In this document: positions 1 through 11,633 of the stretch, piece after piece
Position numbering within the stretch: position 1 is the stretch's first letter
How the letters are laid out: each line of letters opens with the position of its first letter
Assembly: GCA_002269645.1 (NCBI GenBank)
Contig: NIVC01000069.1
Span: forward strand, 1 to 64,000
DNA: 64,000 nucleotides
From: Macrostomum lignano
Taxonomy: Eukaryota
Direction of reading: 5' to 3'
Made by a program: the position numbers and the translations under genes
The notes under the pieces: generated by a model
The model's database searches: none
What the model was told of the DNA's origin: nothing
What the model saw: only the letters and a program-made list of their open reading frames with translations

Positions 1-440
1 GATCCAGGAGCTGCAGTAGATCCAGGAGCTGCGGTTGAGCCAGGAGCTGCAGTGGATCCAGGAGCGGCAGTGGATCCAGGAGCGGCGGTTGAGCCAGGAG
101 CTGCAGTGGATCCAGGAGCTGCGGTTGAGTCCAGGAGCTGCAGTGGATCCAGGAGCTGCGGTTGAGCCAGGAGCTGCAGTGGATCCAGGAGCTGGCAGTG
201 GATCCAGGAGCTGCGGTTGAGTCAGGAGCTGCAGTGGATCCAGGAGCTGCGGTTGAGCCAGGAGCAGCAGTGGATTCAGGAGCGGTGGTTGAGCCAGGAG
301 CTGCAGTGGATCCAGGAGCTGCAGTGGATTCAGAGAGCGGCGGTTGAGCCAGGAGCTGCAGTGGATCCAGGAGCGGCGAGTTGAGCCAGGAGCTGCAGTG
401 GATTCAGGAGCGGCGGTTGAGCCAGGAGCTGCAGTGGATC
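1..440 (-). repeat. Coding tandem repeat C, 18-bp unit (STAAPG)
   Basis: Minus strand reads TCAACCGCAGCTCCTGGA/TCCACTGCAGCTCCTGG repeated; runs off the window start. Confidence 0.9.
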
Positions 441-3400
441 AGGAGTCTCTGTCGATACTGGAGCTGCTGGGATCCAGAGCTTCTGTCGATACGCGGAGCT
501 GCTGGAGATCCAGGAGTTTCTGTCGATACCGAAGCTGCTGGGGATCCAGGAGTTTCTGTCGATACTGGAGCTGCTGGGGATCCAGGAGTTTCTGTCGATA
601 CCGGAGCTGCTGGGGATCCAGGAGTTTCTGTCGATACTGAGCTGCTGGGGATCCAGGAGTTTCTGTCGATACTGGAGCTGTTGGGGATCCAGGAGTTTCT
701 GTCGATACTGGAGCTGCTGGGGATCCAGGAGTTTCTGTCGATACTGGAGCTGCTGGGGATCCAGGAGTTTCTGTCGATACCGAAGCTGCTGGGGATCCAG
801 GAGTTTCAGTCGATACTGGAGCTGCTGGGGATCCAGGAGTTTCTGTCGATACCGAAGCTGCTGGGGATCCAGGAGCTTCTGTCGATACCGGAGCTGCTGG
901 AGATCCAGGAGTTTCTGTCGATACCGGAGCTGCTGAGGATCCAGGAGTTTCTGTCGAGCCAATATCGGCTGTTGATGCTGATGAAATTTCTGTTGCTCTT
1001 GGAGCTTCTGTAGAGCTGAGCTCTGCAGTCGTGCCAGGAGCGACTGTCGGCCCACTGTGGTTATTGTGTTACATGTGAAATTGGCACCAATGTTTTCCAT
1101 GCATGTCTCATCGGTGGAGCAGCTGGTAGAACTGCACTCCTGGGTGCAGAGGTAACCAGGATATGAATTGTTGGAGTCGCTTCTATAACCGAAGTTGCAG
1201 GTGCAGAGGGTTGAAACGTTTGTAGAGCTGTTGTCGCAAGAGGCATAAATGGAACAGCTGGTGTTGGAGCACAGGCTGGGCACTAAAACAGGCAATGTTA
1301 TGCAGAAATATCGAGTGATCCTATTTTAGTAGGTTCGAATATAGAAAACTTCACAAATTTTCATACTGAGATCCACTTACCTGCCGAGGATACATTGCTT
1401 ACGGTAAAGTTGGAGAATGATTCGTTCGATGATGCCAGATTCGAAATGCCAGACTCGATATCAGAAGAAATTGCCTCTGTTTCGATTGTGTCTACCTGTG
1501 GCCCGCTAATTTTGTCGTCGAACTCAGTGATAACAGATCCTGGTCCAAGGCTGATCAGTATCAGCGTGTGCCTTGCGTTGGCAAATGCTGGGTTGCTTGA
1601 GCGACGAAATACTGCCAACATCTGTAAGTGAGCATTTAAAAATGATAAAAAAGAAACAAAAACAACTTTATACTTTATACGCTCGTATTCTTAGTTTTAT
1701 TAGTTAAAATAAGCGTTTAACTTACAAACTGTACGAATGCAATCCAGAAATTCTGCGCGGCAGGGCTGTTGTTGTCTCTCATGTCCTCATCGTAGTCTTT
1801 CTGCACGACGACCTTTGGTCGAACAATCTTTGCCGCTATAATAGAAGAAAAAATGTTTTTTTCAGCAATGCAACACAGAAAATTGTATCAAGAGGCTAGA
1901 AAAAGCACATACGTTCTTCACAACGATCTCCTCCCCTATTAACAGGGCATTGGCAGGTACGCTCATTGTTGACGATCGAACAAACACCGTCATTTTTGCA
2001 ATAGCCAACTAAACACGTTGTTGCAGCTGTTGTTGGCGCAACTGTCGTCAATGCCGCTGGTGATGTAGATGAAGTTGAAGGCTCGGACGGGGCAGGTCCG
2101 CTCGATGGAGGAGAAGTTGGAATTTCAGTCGATACCGGAGCTGCTGGAGATCTAGGAGTTTCTGTCGATACCGGAGCTGCTGGGGATCCAGGAGTTTCTG
2201 TCGATACCGGAGCTTCTGGGGATCCAGGAGTTTCTGTCGATACCGGAGCTTCTGGGGATCCAGGAGTTTCAGTCGATACCGGAGCTGCTGGAGATCCAGG
2301 AGTTTCTGTCGATACCGGAGCTGCTGGGGATCCAGGAGTTTCTGTCGATACCGAAGCTGCTGGGGATCCAGGAGTTTCTGTCGATACCGAAGCTGCTGGG
2401 GATCCAGGAGTTTCAGTCGATACTGGAGCTGCTGGGGATCCAGGAGTTTCAGTCGATACTGAGCTGCTGGGGATCCAGGAGTTTCTGTCGATACTGGAGC
2501 TGCTGGGGATCCAGGAGCTTCTGTCGATACCGAAGCTGCTGGGGATCCAGGAGTTTCAGTCGATACTGGAGCTGCTGGGGATCCAGGAGTTTCTGTCGAT
2601 ACTGAAGCTGCTGGGGATCCAGGAGTTTCAGTTGATACTGGAGCTGCTGGGGATCCAGGAGTTTCTGTCGATACTGGAGCTGCTGGGGATCCAGGAGTTT
2701 CTGTCGATACCGGAGCTTCTGGGGATCCAGGAGTTTCGGTCGATACTGGAGCTGCTGGGGATCCAGGAGTTTCTGTCGATACCGGAGCTGCTGGGGATCC
2801 AGGAGTTTCTGTCGATACTGGAGCTGCTGGGGATCCAGGAGTTTCTGTCGATACCGAAGCTGCTGGGGATCTAGGAGTTTCAGTCGATACCGGAGCTTCT
2901 GGGGATCCAGGAGTTTCGGTCGATACTGCAGCTGCTGGGGATCCAGGAGTTTCTGTCGATACCGGAGCTTCTGGGGATCCAGGAGTTTCTGTCGATACCG
3001 GAGCTTCTGGCGATCCAGGAGTTTCTGTCGATACCGAAGCTGCTGGGGATCCAGGAGTTTCTGTCGATACTGGAGCTGCTGGGGATCCAGGAGTTTCAGT
3101 CGATACTGGAGCTGCTGGGGATCCAGGAGTTTCAGTCGATACTGGAGCTGCTGGGGATCCAGGAGTTTCTGTCGATACTGAAGCTGCTGGGGATCCAGGA
3201 GTTTCAGTCGATACTGGAGCTGCTGGGGATCCAGGAGTTTCTGTCGATACTGAAGCTGCTGGGGATCCAGGAGTTTCAGTCGATACTGGAGCTTCTGGGG
3301 ATCCAAGAGTTTCTGTCGATACCGAAGATGCTGGGGATCCAGGAGTTTCTGTCGATACCGAAGCTGCTGGGATCCAGGAGTTTCTGTCGATACCGAAGCT

Positions 3401-6400
3401 GCTGGGGATCCAGGAGTTTCTGTCGATACCGGAGCTGCTGGGGATCCAGGAGTTTCTGTCGATACTGGAGCTGCTGGGGATCCAGGAGTTTCTGTCGATA
3501 CCGAAGCTGCTGGGGATCCAGGAGTTTCGGTCGATACTGGAGCTGCTGGGGATCCAGGAGTTTCTGTCGATACCGGAGCTTCTGGGGATCCAGGAGTTTC
3601 TGTCGATACCGGAGCTTCTGGCGATCCAGGAGTTTCTGTCGATACCGGAGCTGCTGGAGATCCAGGAGTTTCTGTCGATACCGAAGATGCTGGGGATCCA
3701 GGAGTTTCTGTCGATACCGAAGCTGCTGGGGATCCAGGAGTTTCTGTCGATACCGGAGCTGCTGGGGATCCAGGAGTTTCTGTCGATACCGGAGCTGCTG
3801 GGGATCCAGGAGTTTCTGTCGATACCGAAGCTGCTGGGGATCCAGGAGCTTCTGTCGATACCGAAGCTGCTGGGGATCCAGGAGCTTCTGTCGATACCGG
3901 AGCTGCTGGAGATCCAGGAGTTTCTGTCGATACCGGAGCTGCTGAGGATTCAGGAGTTTCTGTCGAGCCAATATCGGCTGTTGATGCTGATGAAATTTCT
4001 GTTGCTCTTGGAGCTTCTGTAGAGCTGAGCTCTGCAGTCGTGCCAGGAGCGACTGTCGGGCCCACTGTGGTTATTGTGTTACATGTGAAATTGGCACCAA
4101 TGTTTTCCATGCATGTCTCATCGGTGGAGCAGCTGGTAGAACTGCACTCCTGGGTGCAGAGGTAACCAGGATATGAATTGTTGGAGTCGCTTCTATAACC
4201 GAAGTTGCAGGTGCAGAGGGTTGAAACGTTTGTAGAGCTGTTGTCGCAAGAGGCATAAATGGAACAGCTGGTGTTGGAGCACAGGCTGGGCACTAAAACA
4301 GGCAATGTTATGCAGAAATATCGAGTGATCCTATTTTAGTAGGTTCGGATAAAGAAAACTTCACAAATTTTCACACTGAGATCCACTTACCTGCCGAGGA
4401 TACATTGCTTACGGTAAAGTTGGAGAATGATTCGTTCGATGATGCCAGATTCGAAATGCCAGACTCGATATCAGAAGAAATTGCCTCTGTTTCGATTGTG
4501 TCTACCTGTGGCCCGCTAATTTTGTCGTCGAACTCAGTGATAACAGATCCTGGTCCAAGGCTGATCAGTATCAGCGTGTGCCTTGCGTTGGCAAATGCTG
4601 GGTTGCTTGAGCGACGAAATACTGCCAGCATCTGTAGTTGATCATTTAAAAATGATAAAAAAGAAACAAAGGCAACTTTGTACTTTGTACACTCGTATTC
4701 TTAGTTTCATTAGTTAAAATAAGCGTTTAACTTACAAATCGTACGAATGCTAACCAGAAATTCTGCGCGGCAGGGCTGTTGTTGTCTCTCATGTCCTCAT
4801 CGTAGTCTTTCTGCACGACGACCTTTGGTCGAACAATCTTTGCCCCTATAATAGGAGAAAAAATGTTTTTTTCAGCAATGCAACATAGATAATTGTATCA
4901 AGAGGCTAGAAAAAACACATACGTTCTTCACAATGATCTCCTCCCCAATTAACAGGGCATTGGCAGGTACGCTCATTGTTGACGATCGAACAAACACCGT
5001 CATTTTTGCAATAGCCAACTAAACACGTTGTTGCAGCTGTTGTTGGCGCAACTGTCGTCAATGCCGCTGGTGATGTAGATGAAGCAGTCCGCTCGATGGA
5101 GGCGCACTCGGAGCATCACTTGGAGCAGGTCCGCTCGATGGAGGTACACTCGGAGCGTCACTTGAAGCAGGTCCGCTTGATGGAGTTGCACTCGGAGCAT
5201 CACTTGGAGCAGGTCCGCTCGATGGAGGTGCACTGGGAGCGTCGGATGGAGCAGGTCCGCTCGATGGAGGTGCACTGGGAGCGTCGGACGGGGCAGGTCC
5301 GCTCGATGGAGGCGCACTCGGAGCGTCAGATGGAGCACGTCCGCTCGATGGAGGCGCACTCGGAACGTCGGACGGTGCAGGTCCGCTCAATGTAGCTGCG
5401 CTCGGAGCGTCACTTGGAGCAGGTCCGCTTGATGGAGGCGCACTCGGAGCGTCACTTGAAGCAGGTCCGCTTGATGGAGTTTCACTCGGAGCATCACTTG
5501 GAGCAGGTCCGCTCGATGGAGGTGCACTGGGAGCGTCGGACGGGGCAGGTCCTCTCAATGTAGCTGCGCTCGGAGCGTCACTTGGAGCAGGTCCGCTCGA
5601 TGGAGGTGCACTGGGAGCGTCGGATGGAGCAGGTCCGCTCGATGGAGGCGCACTCGGAACGTCGGACGGGGCAGGTCCGCTCAATGTAGCTGCGCTCGGA
5701 GCGTCGGACGGGGCAGGTCCGCTCGATGGAGGCGCACTCGGAGCGTCACTTGAAGCAGGTCCGCTTGATGGAGGCGCACTCGGAGCATCACTCGGAGCAG
5801 GTCCGCTCGATGGAGGCGCACTCGGAGCGTCGGACGGGGCAGGTCCGCTCGATGGAGGCGCACTCGGAGCGTCTGACGCGGCAGGTCCACTCGATGGAAG
5901 CGCACTCGGAGCGTCAGATGGAGCAGGTCCGCTCGATGGAGGCGCACTCGGAACGTCGGAAGGGGCAGGTCCGCTCAATGTAGCTGCGCTTGGAGCGTCG
6001 GACGGGGCAGGTCCGCTCGATGGAGGCGCACTCGGAGCGTCTGACGCGGCAGGTCCACTCGATGGAAGCGCACTCGGAGCGTCAGATGGAGCAGGTCCGC
6101 TCGATGGAGGCGCACTCGGAACGTCGGAAGGGGCAGGTCCGCTCAATGTAGCTGCGCTTGGAGCGTCGGACGGGGCAGGTCCGCTCGATGGAGGCGCACT
6201 CGGAGCGTCACTTGGAGCAGGTCCGCTTGATGGAGTTGCACTGGAGCGTCGGATGGAGCAGGTCCGCTCGATGGAGATGCACTCGGAGCGTCGGATGGAG
6301 CAGGTCCGCTCGATGGAGGCGCACTCGGAGCATCACTTGGAGCAGGTCCGCTTGATGGAGTTGCACTCGAAGCATCACTTGGAGCAGGTCCGCTCGATGG

Positions 6401-7772
6401 AGGTGCACTGGGAGCGTCGGATGGAGCAGGTCCGCTCGATGGAGGTGCACTGGGAGCGTCGGATGGAGCAGGTCCGCTCGATGGAGGTGCACTGGGAGCG
6501 TCGGACGGGGCAGGTCCGCTCGATGGAGGCGCACTCGGAGCATCACTTGGAGCAGGTCCGCTCGATGGAGGCGCACTCGGAGCATCACTTGAGCAGGTCC
6601 GCTCGATGGAGGTACACTCGGAGCATCACTTGGAGCAGGTCCGCTCGATGGAGGTGCACTGGGAGCGTCGGATGGAGCAGGTCCGCTCGATGGAGGTGCA
6701 CTGGGAGCGTCGGACGGGGCAGGTCCGCTCGATGGAGGTGCACTGGGAGCGTCGGATGGAGCAGATCCGCTCGATGGAGGTGCACTGGGAGCGTCGGACG
6801 GGGCAGGTCCGCTCGATGGAGGCGCACTCGGAGCATCACTTGGAGCAGGTCCGCTCGATGGAGGCGCACTCGGAGCATCACTTGGAGCAGGTCCGCTCGA
6901 TGGAGGTACACTCGGAGCATCACTTGGAGCAGGTCCGCTTGATGGAGTTGCACTCGAAGCATCACTTGGAGCAGGTCCGCTCGATGGAGGTGCACTGGGA
7001 GCGTCGGATGGAGCAGGTCCGCTCGATGGAGGTGCACTGGGAGCGTCGGATGGAGCAGGTCCGCTCGATGGAGGTGCACTGGGAGCGTCGGACGGGGCAG
7101 GTCCGCTTGATGGAGGCGCACTCGGAGCGTCCGATGGAGCAGGTCCGCTCGATGGAGGCGCACTCGGAACGTCGGACGGGGCAGGTCCGCTCAATGTAGC
7201 TGCGCTCGGAGCGTCACTTGGAGCAGGTCCGCTCGATGGAGGCGCACTCGGAGCGTCACTTGAAGCAGGTCCGCTCGATGGAGGCGCACTCGGAGCGTCA
7301 CTTGAAGCAGGTCCGCTTGATGGAGTTGCACTCGGAGCATCACTTGGAGCAGGTCCGCTCGATGGAGGTGCACTGGGAGCGTCGGATGGAGCAGGTCCGC
7401 TCGATGGAGGTGCACTGGGAGCGTCGGACGGGGCAGGTCCGCTCGATGGAGGCGCACTCGGAGCGTCAGATGGAGCAGGTGCAGTAGGAGCCTCAGATGG
7501 GACTGGTAGAGTTGGAGCTTCGGAAGTGGCAGGTTCACTAGATGGAGCTACCGCTTCAGCTGTTGTGGACTGATTTGGAATTTCAGTCGTGCTTGCTGAG
7601 AGTTCTACAAAGATGTTGATGATATTTGAGTTTTGAGACTCCTATGTATTAAAGATACATTTAAACTTAAGCCGTCAAAAATTTGGCAGTCAAACTTCAA
7701 TGGTTTAATAAACTTACTGCAGACGAGTAATGCTGCAATCAGCAAATGCAGGGCGTAGTGGCAGCGCCACAT
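1..7772 (-). CDS. Mucin-like glycoprotein: signal peptide-PTS(A)-EGF-SEA-EGF-PTS(B)-EGF-SEA-EGF-PTS(B/C)..., 3' end outside the window. Exons 7772-7718, 7604-4923, 4845-4736, 4631-4391, 4292-1913, 1835-1726, 1621-1381, 1282-<1
   Basis: Exon 1 encodes MWRCHYALHLLIAALLVC (signal-like) and ends at a GTAAGT donor. All junctions are GT-AG with matching phases. EGF motif CLVGYCKNDGVCSIVNNERTCQCPVNWGGDHC; SEA-type segments YDEDMRDNNSPAAQNF and LISLGPGSVITEF; second EGF CSNTSCSIYASC...CTCNFGY...C. Single-base frameshifts occur inside the repeat arrays (about 6590, 6240, 5085, 3370, 2460, 640, 470). Confidence 0.85.
445..955 (-). repeat. Coding tandem repeat B, 36-bp unit (PVSTETPGSPAA), short array
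   Basis: Plus strand GGAGTTTCTGTCGATACCGGAGCTGCTGGGGATCCA repeated about 14 times. Confidence 0.9.
2130..3965 (-). repeat. Coding tandem repeat B, 36-bp unit (PVSTETPGSPAA), long array
   Basis: About 50 copies of the same 36-bp unit between the two EGF-SEA-EGF cassettes. Confidence 0.92.
5085..7490 (-). repeat. Coding tandem repeat A, 42-bp unit (PPSSGPAPSDAPSA)
   Basis: About 57 copies of GAGCAGGTCCGCTCGATGGAGGCGCACTCGGAGCGTC... in mucin exon 2. Confidence 0.92.
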
Positions 7773-7912
7773 ATTTTTTCCCAAATTTTCTGGTTTCAAT
7801 GCAAGAAGTTTAAAAAAAGTTTTGACAGTTTTTAGAATACTCGTTGTCCTTCTACTTTGAATCTTTTTCTTCTCTTAAAAGAACTAGTTTGCTATTTCTT
7901 TTAGTTCGCCGA

Positions 7913-7952
7913 CTATTTATAGTGGAACGATGAGGCCGTTTCGAGCTATTGG
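7913..7952 (-). promoter_or_regulatory. Putative core promoter of the mucin-like gene (CCAAT box plus TATA box)
   Basis: Minus strand GGCCAAT (7954-7948) then TATAAATAG (7921-7913), about 140 nt upstream of the ATG at 7772. Confidence 0.6.
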
Positions 7953-8656
7953 CCGGCTGGACCACCCGACCTCTGACGCGGCACCCCTTAGCGAACAAAG
8001 CAGCAAGAAATCTCTGTCCGAACCTTTGGCTGCGCGCACCCTGCATGCATCTCTCCGCGTATCGGCTTTGGGTCCGCTTACCTTTAGGTAGAATGAGAAA
8101 AGGAGAAGACGTGCTAGTTTAGCTTGAACACGAGGCAAATGGACATTAGATATCAACTAGCTAGCTGAAGTCAATTGAGGCAAAAAATTTATTGCAAACT
8201 TGCGCGCTTTTGAATATAATATGCATGGCTCTCACACGATTAAGAAGAATAAATGCGACGTTGTAAATATACAGGATAAAACAACGCTAGACGAAATGAT
8301 AAAGTTGCTTTTTGACGCAAAGAAAAACAGGACCCGAGAGAGGCAGAAGAGAGGGACGAGAGGGAGACAGGAATACGCTCGTATAAGCTTGGTTGTAGGG
8401 ATACAGCTCACTTATTTCGTCCAAATTGAAATCAATTTGCTCAGCTTATTGTCATAGATACATGCTTTTTACTACCCACCCCAGCAGTCAGGTTCTGAGC
8501 GTCTGTTTTGACGGATTTTGCTCACTGTGGCGATGTAAAATTTATATATCCCTTGAACTTTTTCGCATTTTGTAAATAAATCCACATTGGTGCTGGCGCC
8601 CCAACGATGGCGCCCTGACCTCAAGATTGTGTGGTTATGCTAAACACTCATAAGAC

Positions 8657-8875
8657 GGCAATTTCACAACGTCGAAGCACTAAACTTTACAATACCGAAA
8701 CTCATAAGACCGAAACTCCACAAAGTTAAAAACTTAATATAACAAGGACCATGCAGAATTTTCGGCGTTGTGAAATTTCGGTCTTGTGAAGTTTCGGTCT
8801 TGTGAAGTTTCGGTCTTGTGAAGTGTCGTGCAGTATTTTTCGGCGTTATGAAATTTCGGTCTTGTGAAAGCGACC
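8657..8875. repeat. Small fold-back repeat with internal 16-bp units (TTTCGGTCTTGTGAAG), probably a non-autonomous DNA element remnant
   Basis: ATTTCACAACGTCGAA near 8660 is the imperfect reverse complement of TTCGGCGTTGTGAAAT at 8761. ACCGAAACT units on the left mirror AGTTTCGGT units on the right. No TSD was identified. Confidence 0.45.
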
Positions 8876-11160
8876 CTCCAGACGCCCTCAAAGTGGCGCT
8901 TCTGCGACTGGTGCCCCGCTATGCCCCTTTTGTGAATCCGAGCATTTCGAAGCTAAGTGGTCCTTCAGCTGTTGAAATCAACTGCTTTGGAGAGTAACTT
9001 CAAACTAACCAGTGATGAGTGGTTTGTGTGGCTCTGGGATTGTAGTTTGAATGAAAACAGCGAACTACCATGACGCATGCTTGCTTACTCAGCTCATCAA
9101 TATTTTCAACAATATTTATTCTCGCAAAATGACCTTCTTTAATCGGAGTTTCCCAAATTAGCAACAGGTCGCCTTTTATACTGCTGGCTTGTGTGGGTGG
9201 AGCGCCCTCCCCTCTCCTCCGCGCCCCGGTCTCAAGAGACTGCGCGTAAATCTCAAGCATCTAGCTCGTAAAACTTCCATTTTAACCCTTGCTTTCAGTT
9301 GCATGTCTCAGACTTCATTGAGAGATTTAAAGCCGGGGGTGGGAGGCAGAGTAGACAGAATGGTTGAGAGCGCTTTCAGCCTACAAAAGACAGCCTCAAG
9401 TTTGTTTGCACTGCGCCCAGGAGATCGCTGTTAGGCGTTAGTCGGGGCGTAGAGCAGGAGGTGGCTACTCAAAGACTGCCACCGCTGGGAGAAAGACCAA
9501 CAGCCAGCAGGAGTCTCACCCATCTCAAACTCGTCGGGCAATTGACCCGCACCACACACAACTTAATTCTTCTGTGCTATGGGTTAGCAAAGAGTCGGTA
9601 GCTATGCCATGCCAGAAAACTGGTTTTTCTGTCTGTCGGTGTTGTACAGGTCACACTGCATATCTCTGTGTTCTCTATGTCATACGTCACGTCCAGTTGC
9701 GGAGGGGCAAAAATAGCTATTAGTATAAGAAAAGAAAACCACGCTCGCTGTGAATGATTGTTCAAGCAAAGCACTTACTTATAGACAGATTGTGGGAAAA
9801 GAAGGTGGCTGAGGGACACATTAATCTGTATCCAAAACAGATTTAGTAAGACTTGGACAAAACATGGAAAGCCTTTTTAAAAAGGTTATTTAAAAAAATC
9901 GAAAATGAATTCGAGAGACCTACGTCATCACTACTTTTGTTGTTATAGCTTCAAAAAGGATTTTATTTCCAGAAATTTCCGACACCACATTAGCTCGTAT
10001 TAATATAAGCTTTCGGGTCGGTTGCGTTGGGCTATAGAAAATGCATGCTTTCAAAATGGGATGGAGATAGCTAAAGCTAGCTATGGCTTTTCAATTTCAA
10101 ACGAGACGTTTGCTGGCGCTCGATGCAATGCCTAATAGATTCAAATGCAATCCAGTTTAGTGAATCTTCTTCGGCCAGGTGGTCTCATCAAATTGTGAAC
10201 TTCTCATAGCCATTTTTATTGTGCTGTTGTTCAGATAGAAGCAGTATGAGTAAGTTGTAAATATTTTTTTAAGTTCTGTTCTGAAGCCGCATACCCACCC
10301 AGCTTTTCTTTACCTCTCCTCGCGCCACCACACGCACGCATCATGCTCATGAAAGTGTCTTATTGTGCCCGGTGGCGCGCCCCCCCCCTGGTTGCGCCAC
10401 TGATTTGGCGTTTCGCATCTTGCACGTCGCCTTCGCATTGCGCTCTGCCCTGTGAGCTTTTATTATTCTATAAACTATTAAACTATTATTCTATACTTAT
10501 AGTAGTATTAAGTATAAAAGTATGGATTAAGAATGCAAGTCGAATGCTGTACAAGTTAATCGAAATATCCGTCCAGTGGCGTAGTCCATCCATTTAGCAG
10601 ATTAACGTACAGTGTAGCGTCAAACAAGTCTCAGCAAGGCCAATCATATTTTACCCATAATTGTCTATGGCCAAAACCTGGAGCAGTTGAATTCAGATTT
10701 TAAATTTTAAACAAAAATTTGTGCAGAAAGTGATCAAGCGATTAAAGTCAATTAGCATTTTGCGATGCCCATATCAAACAAGTCTTATCTGTGACTAAAC
10801 TGTCAGACCACGTGCGAGTGCTCAAATCAGATGTTTTCGCGGGCAAAACAGCAGGACAGGAAGCGCAGTGTGTGAGCAAACCAGGCTGCACTCTTGGAAA
10901 CCGTGATGACATCGTCTCTGTAGTACCAAGGGAACACCAATCCTGTAGAATGATTTCGTCTGGTGCAGCCGATTTCACGAAGCTTAGCAGCTAGCAGTAG
11001 TTCAGCACAACAGCAGCGCTTGCACGATGCATCACTTGACAGAATTCAGGCCATAGATTAGTTCAGCCTCTGCTAACTCAGGCAATGACTTCAGGCAAAT
11101 ATTACTTGTCTGAATTTAACTGCTGCCTTAAATTCAGTTCTCTGCCTGCGCCTGTGCCAC

Positions 11161-11633
11161 AGACTATAGAGACGGTGTTTGACCATAGACTATAGAGACG
11201 GTGTTTGACCATAGACTATAGAGACGGTGTTTGACCATAGACTATAGAGACGGTGTTTGACCATAGACTATAGAGACGGTGTTTGACCATAGACTATAGA
11301 GACGGTGTTTGACCATAGACTATAGAGACGGTGTTTGACCATAGACTATAGAGACGGTGTTTGACCATAGACTATAGAGACGGTGTTTGACCATAGACTA
11401 TAGAGACGGTGTTTGACCATAGACTATAGAGACGGTGTTTGACCATAGACTATAGAGACGGTGTTTGACCATAGACTATAGAGACGGTGTTTGACCATAG
11501 ACTATAGAGACGGTGTTTGACCATAGACTATAGAGACGGTGTTTGACCATAGACTATAGAGACGGTGTTTGACCATAGACTATAGAGACGGTGTTTGACC
11601 ATAGACTATAGAGACGGTGTTTGACCATAGACT
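11161..11633. repeat. Perfect 26-bp minisatellite (AGACTATAGAGACGGTGTTTGACCAT), about 18 copies
   Basis: Identical head-to-tail units with no spacers. Confidence 0.95.

Noticed and set aside
35-7538. Many long plus-strand and off-frame ORFs (LLGIQEFLSI, MEQVRSMEAHSE, LLDPQQLRYRQK)
   Set aside because: These are alternative-frame readings of stop-poor coding repeats; the spliced P/S/T frame on the minus strand explains the region.
9080-9180. Second minus-strand TATAAAAGG with a downstream GTAAGC donor as an upstream mucin promoter
   Set aside because: A closer CCAAT+TATA promoter exists at 7913-7952, and no acceptor or transcript evidence links this site.
11161-11633. Possible CRISPR array
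   Set aside because: The units are contiguous with no unique spacers, the context is eukaryotic, and no cas genes are present.
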